DNA of 64,000 nucleotides from Candidatus Dojkabacteria bacterium (lineage in GTDB: Bacteria; Patescibacteriota; Dojkabacteria; B142; JAFGMG01): NCBI GenBank assembly GCA_016927655.1, contig JAFGMG010000005.1:75991-139990 (forward strand), written 5' to 3'. A program made the translations under genes and the position numbers. Below, one piece after another: positions 37,467 through 48,247 of this stretch. The notes under the pieces were generated by a model, which was not told where the DNA came from, made no database searches, and saw nothing but the letters and a program-made list of their open reading frames with translations. The first letter of the stretch is position 1. Each line of letters opens with the position of its first letter.

Positions 37467-40400
37467 ATGAAAAATCTCTTCCTGAAATTTAGACTCCCCG
37501 GTTTGTGTTTATTAATAGTTTCTGTAATAGCTGGCATAACTGTTTTGAATTATGTATCTTACAAGGATGCAAAGAACAGTGAACCTATTACTCTCCCGCA
37601 GGAGGAATACGTTCCTAATATTCCCAGGGTGGAGCCTATTAAAGTCGAAAATGAAAGAGATTTTGTTGAGAATCAAGTTCTTCTTACGTTTGAAAATGGA
37701 ACAAGTGAAGATGAAATAAATAAATATGTTGAATCTATCGGAGGTAAGGTCGAAGTAAATATAGATAAACTTGATTCTGTTGTTGTAAGCTTTTCAAGTA
37801 CTGTCCCTGATAAATTCCCGGAAAATACAATATTAGCTTCAAGCGAGAAGGACTATCTGGCAGTAGCTTTGGGAGATAAAGATAAGGGAGCCTCTAGTGA
37901 AAGTTATCAGCTATCTCAAAGTGAAATTGAGAATACAAATTATACAGATGAAGTAATAGTCGCTCCCCCACTTGATGTTCCAGAAGATGCATACAAACCT
38001 GTACAGCCGTTTAATGATCCTGAATATATCAATCAATGGGGAATGCAGGTGATGGGAATTGAAGATCTTTTAAGGCAAGATAAAAGTACACAGAAAGAAA
38101 CTATCGTGGCAGTTATTGATAGCGGCATTTGCATAGATCATCCGGATCTTGCCGGAAAGATTGTAAAAGGTTATGACTTTGTGGAAAATGATAATATCCC
38201 TCAAGATGATTTTGACCATGGCTGCGGTGTAGCTGGAATTATTGCAGCTAATATTGATAATGAAAATGCGATAACCGGTGCGGCTCCAAATGCAAAAATC
38301 ATGCCGCTTAAAGTTTTAGATTCTCAAGGAATCGGGCAATATTCTGATATAGCCTCTGCAATTATTTATGCAGTTGATCATAAGGCAAAATATGTAAATA
38401 TAAGCGCTGGTGGCATTCAAGATTCCATCCTTCTTAAAAAAGCAGTGGATTATGCGAAAAAAAATAATGTAGTGATAATTGCTGCTGCTGGTAATACTTA
38501 TTCTGAAGAAGCGCTCTACCCTGCAAGATATGAGAGTGTTATTTCCGTCGGCTCTATAGGGCAGAATTTTTATGTGAGTAATTTTTCAAGCAGAGACAAA
38601 GCTGTTGATTATTGGGCTCCTGGAGAGTCAATCGTTTCTCTAACAGCAGGCAATAGTACTAGCTATTTTTCCGGAACCAGTTTTGCAGCTCCATATATTA
38701 CAAGCTTGTATGTTGATGGAATCTTGAACAGCAAGACAAAATTGCATGGCGGAATGCCAACAGCAGAAGGGAATGTATTGAGTGTGAATTTTGATAGTGT
38801 CGGCACTGAGGTTATAGGCTGGGGAACAACTGAGTTCGATCCCAAAAATACAAAGGACAATCCACAGGAGGAATTCCTGACCGCTCAATCAAGTACAGCC
38901 TGTGTGACTCGTTATGATACTGGATGGTGGGCTGGTGCATATTGTTATATCCAGGGAACACTTCAAACAGGAACAAGCACTCAATACAAAATTGTAACAT
39001 CAGGCAAGACATATAATCTCAACCTCAGTAATGCATCACAATATTTAAATAAGACTGTAAAAGTTGAGGTTAAATACACAAGTCAATGGTCATTTACTGT
39101 ACTCTCAGTAACGTTGATAAATAATGTCCCGATTGGGTATTTTGATAATGTAGATATTTATACTTTAAAAGTAAATGGCTGGGCATTTGATCCTGATACT
39201 CCCTCTCAGTCAATAAATGTCCATGTTTATATCGATGGACCGGCAGGTTCTGGAGCCCCAGGGTATGCTGTTTTAGCTGGAAACTACCGCGGCGATGTAA
39301 ATGCTGTCTATGGAATTACTGGAAATCATGGTTTCTCCTGGCCCCTGCCCTCTCAATTTACTTCGGGAACCCATACTTTTTATGTGTATGCAATAAACAG
39401 CTGGGGTGGAGCAAACCCGCAGATAAGCAGATCCCCGCTTCAGGCGACAATTCCAGTTTTTGACTATGATCCCCCTTCAGATAAAATAACAAGCATTTCT
39501 AATAATACTTCTTTGTATGGGAAACTTGTACCTCAAGGGGAAAATGCAGAGAAATTGAGCGAGGCAAACACTAGCATATCTTATGAGGCTTCTGATCCAG
39601 ATGCTGATCCGGTAAACACAGCAACTGGATTTCTTGATTATTCAGTAAATGATATTGGTTATACAGAGATTAATGGTATCCCGTTTGATTTTATTAGGGC
39701 ATACAATTCTGACAGCAATTATTCAGGAATTTTGGGAACTGGCTGGCAGGCTTCTTTTGATATGAAGCTTATCGCTTCTGTGAAAAATGGTACATACGGA
39801 TGGACAGTGCTATTCCCTGATGGACATGGAGAGACATTTAATGAGCCTGATAATAATTATCGAACTTTTGATTATCAATTTACTAATGCGAATAGTGAAA
39901 ATAAAGGTACACTATTTAGATACGGAGCAACTGGCGGTCCTGCACCATGGGCTGTTATTTACATTGATTCGCAGACTGGAAAACAGTTTTCTTTCCGAGC
40001 AGAACGGGTGGCTGGAAGCATGTTCGGGAAAATGATCCAGATAAAAAACCCTGACGGTTCTGTTGTAGATTATTCTTATGATGCAAACGGAAAACTTTCA
40101 AGTGCGACTGAGCAGACTTTCGGCAGGAAATTTAATTTTTCAATTGATGCTTCGGGGAGGCTTACTACAATTACAGATGTTTTAGGTAGACCTGTTACTT
40201 ATAGTTATGATGCCAATGGTAAGCTGGCACAGGTAGTCAATACTTTAGGTGGTGTTACTAAATACTTCTATAATGCTGAGAATAAAATTCGGCGCATTGA
40301 GGATCCAAATGGGAACACAACTTATGAATTTGTTTATGACGGTTCTGGCAGGGTTAGTGCAAAAACTAATGGAACTGGACAGGTAACAACGTATTCTTAT

Positions 40401-43400
40401 TTGGAGAATGGGGGCCTGAAAATAACTACTATTACTGATCCGAATGGAAATTCAACCATCCACAAGCATAATGATAAAAATTATTTCGTTGAGAAAATCG
40501 CACCAAATGGCGATGTGACTAGTTATACGTATGATGATAAAGGCCAGAGGCTGAGCGAAACTTTCCCAGATGGAAAAATTTATCACTTTGAGTATGATAC
40601 TAAAGGGAACAGAACAAAAACTATCTATCCAAATGGGTACGAAGTAGCAACTGTTTACAATGATTCAGGAAAACCAACTAAGATCACTGAAGGCAATAAT
40701 GACAGAATTACAGAATATGGGTATGACTCAAAATTTAATCTTACCTCCGTTACAGATCCGGAGGGTAATACAGTTACTTACGAATATAACACTAATAACC
40801 AGCTTATAGGAACGATATCTATAGGAGAAAATAAGAGATGGGATAACAATTTCTTCAGCGGGCCAAATTGGGATCCAACAAAAACAGTTGTAACAACGGG
40901 TGATGTAAATGGAGATGGTTTGCAAGACATTGTCGGGTTTGGCATAGATGATATTTATGTCGCTTTGTCAAATGCTGATGGGTTTGATGAACCGCAGATA
41001 TGGCATAGTACAAATTACACTTTAAATGATTGGGGATGGAGTGTATCAATGCACCCAAGAATGCTTGCTGATGTGAATGGAGATGGAAAAGATGATATTG
41101 TCGGGTTTGGTGGTGGTGGGGTTTACGTTTCTTTGTCCGATGGAGCAAGATTCTTGGAAGGAAGTATGTGGTCAGCAAGTTTTGTTTACAATTTGGGCTG
41201 GCGGGTGGAAAAGCATATCAGAGTAATGGGAGACGTAAATGGAGATGGTAAGGATGATATTGTCGGTTTTGGGGATGACGATATTTTTGTTGCATTGTCA
41301 ACTGGCAGTAGTTTTGGTGGATCCCAGATATGGCGAAGTGATGATTTTACATACAATGACTGGGGATGGAGGGTGGAAGCAAATCCAAGAACACTTGGAG
41401 ATATAAATGGGGACGGTAAAGATGATATTGTCGGGTTTGCAGGTTCTGTAGTCGCGGTAGCTATCTCCAATGGGACACAATTCCTGCCGACGTCACTCTG
41501 GACTAGTGAGTTTAGCTACAATCAGGGCTGGAGAGTCGGAGATCATGAGCGTTACGTGAGTGATATTAATGAAGATGGCAAAGCAGATATAGTCGGTTTT
41601 AAAGACGACGCTGTCTATACTGCATTCTCAACAGGGACAAGTTATCAGTCTTCTCAAGTTCTAGATAGGAACTTTAATGTAGGAGATGGCTGGAATTTTT
41701 CGAGCAGAAGATTTGCAGGTGATTTGGATGGGGATGGAAAAACAGATCTTTTCGGTCTAAAAAGTGATGGTATTTACGCTACAACAGGCAGGGGGAAAAT
41801 TACATCATTAAGCTATGACGCGAAGGGCTATCTGGCTGCGCAAAAAAATGATAATGCCAATGCAACAACCAGCTATACAAATAATCTAATTGGATTTGTG
41901 CAAAGCAAAACAGATCCAAATGGCAATACCTCCCAGTACACATATAACTCTATCGGCAATAAAACAAGTGAAACAGATGCAAATGGAAATACTAAAACTC
42001 TTGAATATGATCTGGCTGGGAATTTGACGAAGGAAATTGAAGAAGCTGGGGTTGAGACGGTTTATGTTTATGATGCAAACTATAATGTAGTCTCGAAACA
42101 AGTTGGAGATGCGCAGATTACTAGTTACCAATACGATGCCGGCGGTAGAAAAATCAAAGAAATTGCCCCAGAAGGAAATTATGTTGTCTACTCTTATGAT
42201 GCAAATGGCAGATTGACAAAAACAGAAAATTTTGGTGCAGATGATGTTTCTCTAGGTGCTGTTACGACTACATATAATAGTTCTAACACAAAAGCTTCTG
42301 AAACTGATGCGAATGGGGTTCCCACTACTTATACTTATGACGCCCTCGGCAGGCTTGCCAGCGAGACAAAGGCTGGCAAAACAAAGACTTATACATATGA
42401 TCAGTGGGCAAATCTGACTAGTGAATCTGACTGGGAAGGGAATGTAAGTTTCTTTGCTTATGACAAGAATAATAATAAAGTCCTGGAAAAGAATCCGATA
42501 GAGGTAGATCAGCGAACTCAGGGTAAAATCAGCAAATACGATGCGGCGGGAAATCAAATTGAAATAGTTGATTCAATGGGCGGGGTTACGAAACAATACT
42601 TTGACACGGAAAAGCGACTGATCAAAGTCGTCAATCCAAAAGGACAGATGGCAGACTATACTTATGCCAAAAATGGCAATCTACTCTCTCAGATAAATTT
42701 TGCCGGTGAAATATCGACATTTAACTATGACGGGAATGGAAACCTGACCAGTAAAACTGACAATCTGGGCAATGTGACCGCATTTACTTACAATTCAAGG
42801 AATCAAAATACTTCGATCATTGATGTAAATGGCAATGTCACCTCTATGCAATATGATCAATACGGTAATCTGGTTCAGGTCACTAATGCTGAAGGAGGAT
42901 TGAGGACTTTCAGCTATGACCTGAATGGCAATTTGATTTCAGAAACTGACGAGCTTGGCAACACAAAGACATATGCTTATAACTCTTTGGGCAAAAGAAC
43001 AGCAGAAACAGAGACAAAACAAGTTGCAGGGGAACTTACTGAAGTCACTAGGGCCTTTGAATACGACAGTAAAGGAAACCTGACTGCTGCTGTCAATGAA
43101 AGAGGACATACAATAAACTATTCTTACAACGCATTTGATAAAGTTACAACAGTAGAAAATCCCGATGGCACCTCGAAGGGCTTCAGCTATGACGGAAATG
43201 GCAATGTGCTGACTAGTACTGACGAACTTGGTAATGTGACGAGTTTCACTTATGACAAGATGGGTAGAAAATTGAGTGAGACTGATCCTGCAGATTATAC
43301 ACAAAACTATGCTTATGATCTGCTTGGCAGGCTTGTGAGTGAAAGTGATAAGAAAGCGAATGAGACAAACTATGAATATGATTCTGTCGGGAATGTGACT

Positions 43401-46400
43401 AAAGTGACGGATCGCGGCGGAAATGAAACTACAGTGGCTTATGACGGCGGCAATAGAATATTAACTGTGAATTATCCAAATGGACTTGAATTGACTAATG
43501 CCTATGACGGGCTTGGAAGAAAACTCTCGGAAACTAAATCCGGCGCTAGTCTCCCCTCCTCTGTCGTTGAGCAATACAGTTATGATGATCTTGGTAATTT
43601 AATTTCAAAAACTGATGCAAATGGCAGCGTCACGACTTTTACATACGATGATCTAAACAGGCAATTGGCCGAGAACAAGCCGCTTGGGCTTACAGCCGAG
43701 AAAACCTATGACGCGGCCGGCAATGTGATTTCCCAGACAGATGAAAACGGTAATACTACGACATTTGCTTATGATCCGGCAGGATCAGTTACAAGAAGAA
43801 CTGACGCGCTGGGTGTGAGCACTTCTTACAAGTACGATGCAGCTGGCAATTTGATGCAGGAAATTAACGGGAACAGTGTCCCAACCTACTACAGTTATGA
43901 CAGTAGAAATAGAAAAACAGAGACAAAAGACAGAAATCTGGAAGTGCTTGAGAGCCTTGAATATGATGGAGCTGGTAATGTCACATTAAGGTATGATGCC
44001 AATAGTTATGCAACGGAATTTACATATACTTCAACCGGACTTCTTGCCTCTACAACTGATCCTGCCGGCAATACGATCAGCTACAGTTATGATGAAAACG
44101 GCAATATTCTGACTGAAGCAAATCAGCTTGGGTTTGTTACAAGCTATGCTTACGACTCACTTGACCAGGTAATCCATGAAACCGATCCGCTTGGCAATAT
44201 GTGGGTTTATGAATACGATCAGGCTGGCAATCCTATCACGGGGATAGATCCTTTGAATAGAACTCTTTCAAATCAATACGATGAACTCGGCAGGAAGATC
44301 AAAGTTTCTCAAAACAGCCAGAGTATGGGGGTGGTCGAGACAGACTATGAATATGATAATAACGGAAACCTTGTACAAGCTATCGATCCAATGGGCAATA
44401 TCACAGTAAATGTCTACGATGCTCTAAACCGCAGGCTTAGTACTACAAACGCAGAAAACGAGACAAAATATTTCAGTTATGATGGAGTCGGGAATATTAC
44501 CCAGACAATCGATGCTAATGGTAATTCTGTGGAATATTCTTACGATGATGTTTATAGAAAAATCGCACAAACAGACGAACTTGATTATACAACTGGCTAT
44601 TCTTACGATGATGCCGGGAATTTATTGAGTATCACAAAGCCAAGGGGTAACTTGGAAAGCTATGCTTATGATGATTTCGGCAGGAAGATTAGTTATACAG
44701 ACGGTGAAGGCAATGTAACAGACTACGAATATGACAGGAATGGGAATTTGACTGCAGAGTTGCGGCCAAACGGCACCAGGCATACTTACGGATATGACGC
44801 TCTCAATAGGCCGATTGTTGAATATTCTATTGCTCCGGGCGAAGATCCTGTCGCCAGGTCTAGAACTGACTATGATGCTGCAGGCAGAGTGATCAAAACA
44901 ACCGATGCGCTTGGGAATTTCACAACTTATGAATACGACGGTCTTGATAGATTGACTAAAGTTATTGATCCGCTTCAGCATTCTACTTTCTACTCTTATG
45001 ATGCAGTTGGGAATCTGACTAGAGAAATAAATGCAAACGGTGCTGTTACAAATTATACCTTTGATGAATTTAACAATCTGATCACTGAAACTGACCCTAC
45101 GTCGCACACATGGAGCTATGAGTATGATAAAAACGGGAATATTGCGAAAGAAACTGATGCTAATGGGAATGTAAATACTAGAGAATATGACTTCGCGGGA
45201 AGGATTACTGCAAAAGAGTATCTGGATGGAAACAATAATCCTCAGGCAGAAAGTACGTATTTTGAATATGATAATGCAGGTAATTTGATCAGGGCGTACA
45301 ATCAAGCCCAGGAAAATGTATTTGATTTTGACGAAAGATCAAGTATTACAGGAACGAGTGATTCGAGAAATTACACTCAGAGCTATACTTATGATGCTAA
45401 CAATCTTCTGGAAACTCATACCTTTGCAGACGGGCACGAGCAGGAGCTTACATATAACCAGAATGATCAAGTCTCGCAGATGAAAATGGTCTACAATGGC
45501 GATAGTGTGACAGAGAATGATTCTTACGCTCTCTCTACTCTATTTGAATACGACAGCAATGGTAATCTGAACTATCAGATAAATCCTGATAAAACTGTGA
45601 TTTCCAAGACTTATGATGCTCTTGATCAGGTTGTTGAAGTGAATAATTACATGTCAGCCGATGCTTCAGCTGAGCCTGGAGAGCCTGCGTGGAAAACTCC
45701 TGAATATGTTCTTGCGAAGTACAATTATGAATTGAATGCGAATGGACAGAAATTGAGCACTGACTTTTTCTCAAATTGTGACAAAGACAACGTCTGTTCC
45801 GCTGGGACAAACGTAAGCACGACTGACAATTATGCTTATGACGCTGCGGGAAGACTTGTCCAATCGAGCAGGACAATTGATAATCCTACGCAGACTATTG
45901 AGAAGGTGAGCTACACGGACAATTATACATATGACGCGGTTGGTAATAGAACGGCCTATTCTTCGACTCAGAGCGGATCTCCTGTGACTGTGAATTATGC
46001 TTACAATCTATCAAACCAGCTTACTGGTAGTGATGATGGCTGGAGCTATAGTTATGATGCTGATGGCAACAGGACTGCTAAATCAAATTCGTCTACTGGT
46101 GAGTATGTGAATATGACATACAACAGAGCTGATGAAATGACTGGAGTTGATAGTAGCCTAAAGGATGAAAGTGGTAACCTGGAAACATACAATTTGAGCT
46201 ACACTTATGATGTCCTTGGCAGGAGGATCAAGAAGCAGGTGAATGCAAGTGATGGGAGTGAAACTTATGATGGAATTCTCTTTCAGAACTACCTCTATCA
46301 GACTAATGGCTGGGATATGGTGAGTGAGTACACAGACAGGGAGATTGGCACTGATCTTCATACGAACTATTACATGGCAAAACTTGACTCTTCTCTGCCC

Positions 46401-48236
46401 TCGCAGGTAGCAGCCGAGGATGTTTTGGATAGGACTCCAGAATCTGACTACAATCTCTGGGACAGTGTTGCGGACGAGAGCAGCTCAGAGATTGATCCGG
46501 AACATAACTTTATCCTGACTCCAGATACGGTACAGAGGATAAGCTACTACCAGAGAGATGCGCTTGACAGTATTGTAAGCAGGACAAATCTGGAGGTGAG
46601 GTATAAAGCAAGTGATACAAGTGGGACACTGGTACTTGATCCAACAGTGCAGATAATAGACGGCTACGGTGTGAACTCTCAATCAAGGACTGATGCATAC
46701 GGGAAGAAACTGAACGAGACAGAAACAGCCTCACCATCTCAAGTAGACTACGAACTCTCAGACTGGCAGGATACAAACTGGAGCTCAAGGAGTTACTCAG
46801 GTCAGGTCTACGACAGAGAATCAGGAACATACTACTACGGCAGCAGGAACTACGATCCTACAAGCGGAACCTGGAACAAGCAGGACAGCTATAGAGGCGA
46901 GCCAAAGAGTCCACTCTCAAGAAACAGATACATCTTCGTCGAAGGAGACCCAGTGAATAGTGTGGATGAGTATGGATACAGTATATTCGGTAAAGCCTGG
47001 GACTACGCAAAAAGACAGGTAAATAGAAGTCTAAATAATGTAAAGAAAGTAACTAAAGTAGTCTACAATACATCAAAAAGTATATACAACTGGAGTAAGA
47101 ATCAGGTAGACATTTTTGTAAACAAAGTCAGGGATAACTACAATTGGCTGAAAGACTATCTGAAAAACAGAGGAGGTGCAGTAAGTGAGTGTATAAAGAA
47201 CCCGAAGAAATGCAGCAACGATGCGAGGCAGGAAATAAGTGATGCGTTGGGGAAAGGCACAGAAGCAGTAAACCATATAGTACAGGAGACAAAGAAAGCA
47301 TCACAAAAGGCAGTACAATCAATAGAAAGTCAATTACAGGAACTTCTAAGTGCAAGTGAGATAGAGAGTACGATAAAGGAGAAGATGGCGCAGATCGGAA
47401 TACCAACTTCAGTAATAAATATTGCGCAAGAGTTTGGGAGAGGAGTTGGGAACGGAGCCTGGGAGAATATAAGACATACCATTACAGATTTGAATCCATT
47501 GTATATAGCAGGAAATGAGCTGAAGAACTTCAGACCGGATGTGACAGTCCCGATGTACATAGATTACTTGCAGGGCAATATATCAAAGGAAGAATTTGAT
47601 GAAATATACTCAGAGCATTGTTCGAATAGTAATTTCTGCAGGATAGGAGATTCATTGCTGCGTGGTGATATAGGAGGGGCGATAAGAGAGACAGGGATAA
47701 CAAATATTGGAGGGATTGGGGCGATAAAACAGGCGGCAGGAATGACAGAGATAAATTACACTTACTACATCAAAGGAGACAAAGATAAAGCAATGGAGAA
47801 ATGTGTAGAGGATGGTACATGCAGGACAATACTGGCATTTCAGAATGGAGACAATGAGATAAAAGCAAGGATACTAGGAGAACAATTCGGCTACTATTCC
47901 GCTGAGGCAGTTAAGATGATATTATTGGTAAAGATGGCGGAGGGTGGGGAACGGAGTATCAATAAAGGTAGCGATAGTTCAACAGTAGAATATAAATTAA
48001 ATTCAAATTGGAAAGACTGGGATAAATATATGGCTAAACGTGGTTGGACAGATGTTGATATTGTTAGAACTATTAAGGCAAATGAGTACATAGAGTATAA
48101 TAAAACAAATTATCTAAATCCTGGGAATCCAACTAAATTATTTACCGATCCAAAAACAGGGAAGTCGCTTGTAATTGATGCAGAAACAGGAGAAATCATT
48201 CAATTAGGAGGGGATCCGAAAAGTTTTAAATTTTAA
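37467..48236 (+). CDS. RHS/YD-repeat polymorphic toxin: TM - S8 protease - Ig-like - DUF6531 - RHS with FG-GAP/PVL-like insert - RHS core - colicin E5-like CT
   Basis: S8 triad motifs VAVIDSG, DHGCGVAGII and GTSFAAP; ADPVNTATG; dozens of YDxxG repeats; six DxNGDGxxDIVGF-type repeats; core YSGQVYDRESGTYYYGSRNYDP..DPVNSVDEYG; tip MAKRGWTDVDI..VIDAETGEIIQ. Confidence 0.93.
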   Translation: MKNLFLKFRLPGLCLLIVSVIAGITVLNYVSYKDAKNSEPITLPQEEYVPNIPRVEPIKVENERDFVENQVLLTFENGTSEDEINKYVESIGGKVEVNIDKLDSVVVSFSSTVPDKFPENTILASSEKDYLAVALGDKDKGASSESYQLSQSEIENTNYTDEVIVAPPLDVPEDAYKPVQPFNDPEYINQWGMQVMGIEDLLRQDKSTQKETIVAVIDSGICIDHPDLAGKIVKGYDFVENDNIPQDDFDHGCGVAGIIAANIDNENAITGAAPNAKIMPLKVLDSQGIGQYSDIASAIIYAVDHKAKYVNISAGGIQDSILLKKAVDYAKKNNVVIIAAAGNTYSEEALYPARYESVISVGSIGQNFYVSNFSSRDKAVDYWAPGESIVSLTAGNSTSYFSGTSFAAPYITSLYVDGILNSKTKLHGGMPTAEGNVLSVNFDSVGTEVIGWGTTEFDPKNTKDNPQEEFLTAQSSTACVTRYDTGWWAGAYCYIQGTLQTGTSTQYKIVTSGKTYNLNLSNASQYLNKTVKVEVKYTSQWSFTVLSVTLINNVPIGYFDNVDIYTLKVNGWAFDPDTPSQSINVHVYIDGPAGSGAPGYAVLAGNYRGDVNAVYGITGNHGFSWPLPSQFTSGTHTFYVYAINSWGGANPQISRSPLQATIPVFDYDPPSDKITSISNNTSLYGKLVPQGENAEKLSEANTSISYEASDPDADPVNTATGFLDYSVNDIGYTEINGIPFDFIRAYNSDSNYSGILGTGWQASFDMKLIASVKNGTYGWTVLFPDGHGETFNEPDNNYRTFDYQFTNANSENKGTLFRYGATGGPAPWAVIYIDSQTGKQFSFRAERVAGSMFGKMIQIKNPDGSVVDYSYDANGKLSSATEQTFGRKFNFSIDASGRLTTITDVLGRPVTYSYDANGKLAQVVNTLGGVTKYFYNAENKIRRIEDPNGNTTYEFVYDGSGRVSAKTNGTGQVTTYSYLENGGLKITTITDPNGNSTIHKHNDKNYFVEKIAPNGDVTSYTYDDKGQRLSETFPDGKIYHFEYDTKGNRTKTIYPNGYEVATVYNDSGKPTKITEGNNDRITEYGYDSKFNLTSVTDPEGNTVTYEYNTNNQLIGTISIGENKRWDNNFFSGPNWDPTKTVVTTGDVNGDGLQDIVGFGIDDIYVALSNADGFDEPQIWHSTNYTLNDWGWSVSMHPRMLADVNGDGKDDIVGFGGGGVYVSLSDGARFLEGSMWSASFVYNLGWRVEKHIRVMGDVNGDGKDDIVGFGDDDIFVALSTGSSFGGSQIWRSDDFTYNDWGWRVEANPRTLGDINGDGKDDIVGFAGSVVAVAISNGTQFLPTSLWTSEFSYNQGWRVGDHERYVSDINEDGKADIVGFKDDAVYTAFSTGTSYQSSQVLDRNFNVGDGWNFSSRRFAGDLDGDGKTDLFGLKSDGIYATTGRGKITSLSYDAKGYLAAQKNDNANATTSYTNNLIGFVQSKTDPNGNTSQYTYNSIGNKTSETDANGNTKTLEYDLAGNLTKEIEEAGVETVYVYDANYNVVSKQVGDAQITSYQYDAGGRKIKEIAPEGNYVVYSYDANGRLTKTENFGADDVSLGAVTTTYNSSNTKASETDANGVPTTYTYDALGRLASETKAGKTKTYTYDQWANLTSESDWEGNVSFFAYDKNNNKVLEKNPIEVDQRTQGKISKYDAAGNQIEIVDSMGGVTKQYFDTEKRLIKVVNPKGQMADYTYAKNGNLLSQINFAGEISTFNYDGNGNLTSKTDNLGNVTAFTYNSRNQNTSIIDVNGNVTSMQYDQYGNLVQVTNAEGGLRTFSYDLNGNLISETDELGNTKTYAYNSLGKRTAETETKQVAGELTEVTRAFEYDSKGNLTAAVNERGHTINYSYNAFDKVTTVENPDGTSKGFSYDGNGNVLTSTDELGNVTSFTYDKMGRKLSETDPADYTQNYAYDLLGRLVSESDKKANETNYEYDSVGNVTKVTDRGGNETTVAYDGGNRILTVNYPNGLELTNAYDGLGRKLSETKSGASLPSSVVEQYSYDDLGNLISKTDANGSVTTFTYDDLNRQLAENKPLGLTAEKTYDAAGNVISQTDENGNTTTFAYDPAGSVTRRTDALGVSTSYKYDAAGNLMQEINGNSVPTYYSYDSRNRKTETKDRNLEVLESLEYDGAGNVTLRYDANSYATEFTYTSTGLLASTTDPAGNTISYSYDENGNILTEANQLGFVTSYAYDSLDQVIHETDPLGNMWVYEYDQAGNPITGIDPLNRTLSNQYDELGRKIKVSQNSQSMGVVETDYEYDNNGNLVQAIDPMGNITVNVYDALNRRLSTTNAENETKYFSYDGVGNITQTIDANGNSVEYSYDDVYRKIAQTDELDYTTGYSYDDAGNLLSITKPRGNLESYAYDDFGRKISYTDGEGNVTDYEYDRNGNLTAELRPNGTRHTYGYDALNRPIVEYSIAPGEDPVARSRTDYDAAGRVIKTTDALGNFTTYEYDGLDRLTKVIDPLQHSTFYSYDAVGNLTREINANGAVTNYTFDEFNNLITETDPTSHTWSYEYDKNGNIAKETDANGNVNTREYDFAGRITAKEYLDGNNNPQAESTYFEYDNAGNLIRAYNQAQENVFDFDERSSITGTSDSRNYTQSYTYDANNLLETHTFADGHEQELTYNQNDQVSQMKMVYNGDSVTENDSYALSTLFEYDSNGNLNYQINPDKTVISKTYDALDQVVEVNNYMSADASAEPGEPAWKTPEYVLAKYNYELNANGQKLSTDFFSNCDKDNVCSAGTNVSTTDNYAYDAAGRLVQSSRTIDNPTQTIEKVSYTDNYTYDAVGNRTAYSSTQSGSPVTVNYAYNLSNQLTGSDDGWSYSYDADGNRTAKSNSSTGEYVNMTYNRADEMTGVDSSLKDESGNLETYNLSYTYDVLGRRIKKQVNASDGSETYDGILFQNYLYQTNGWDMVSEYTDREIGTDLHTNYYMAKLDSSLPSQVAAEDVLDRTPESDYNLWDSVADESSSEIDPEHNFILTPDTVQRISYYQRDALDSIVSRTNLEVRYKASDTSGTLVLDPTVQIIDGYGVNSQSRTDAYGKKLNETETASPSQVDYELSDWQDTNWSSRSYSGQVYDRESGTYYYGSRNYDPTSGTWNKQDSYRGEPKSPLSRNRYIFVEGDPVNSVDEYGYSIFGKAWDYAKRQVNRSLNNVKKVTKVVYNTSKSIYNWSKNQVDIFVNKVRDNYNWLKDYLKNRGGAVSECIKNPKKCSNDARQEISDALGKGTEAVNHIVQETKKASQKAVQSIESQLQELLSASEIESTIKEKMAQIGIPTSVINIAQEFGRGVGNGAWENIRHTITDLNPLYIAGNELKNFRPDVTVPMYIDYLQGNISKEEFDEIYSEHCSNSNFCRIGDSLLRGDIGGAIRETGITNIGGIGAIKQAAGMTEINYTYYIKGDKDKAMEKCVEDGTCRTILAFQNGDNEIKARILGEQFGYYSAEAVKMILLVKMAEGGERSINKGSDSSTVEYKLNSNWKDWDKYMAKRGWTDVDIVRTIKANEYIEYNKTNYLNPGNPTKLFTDPKTGKSLVIDAETGEIIQLGGDPKSFKF

Positions 48237-48247
48237 TAAATTGAAAT

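Noticed and set aside
40890-41450. Recurring gatgatattgtcgggtttgg-like DNA repeats as a CRISPR array
   Set aside because: They are in-frame codons for DDIVGFG within propeller blades, about 165 bp apart and degenerate at third positions; no cas genes are present.
44622-45305. 227-aa minus-strand ORF and similar shadows inside the RHS gene
   Set aside because: Antisense products of repetitive YD codon usage with no protein-like motifs.
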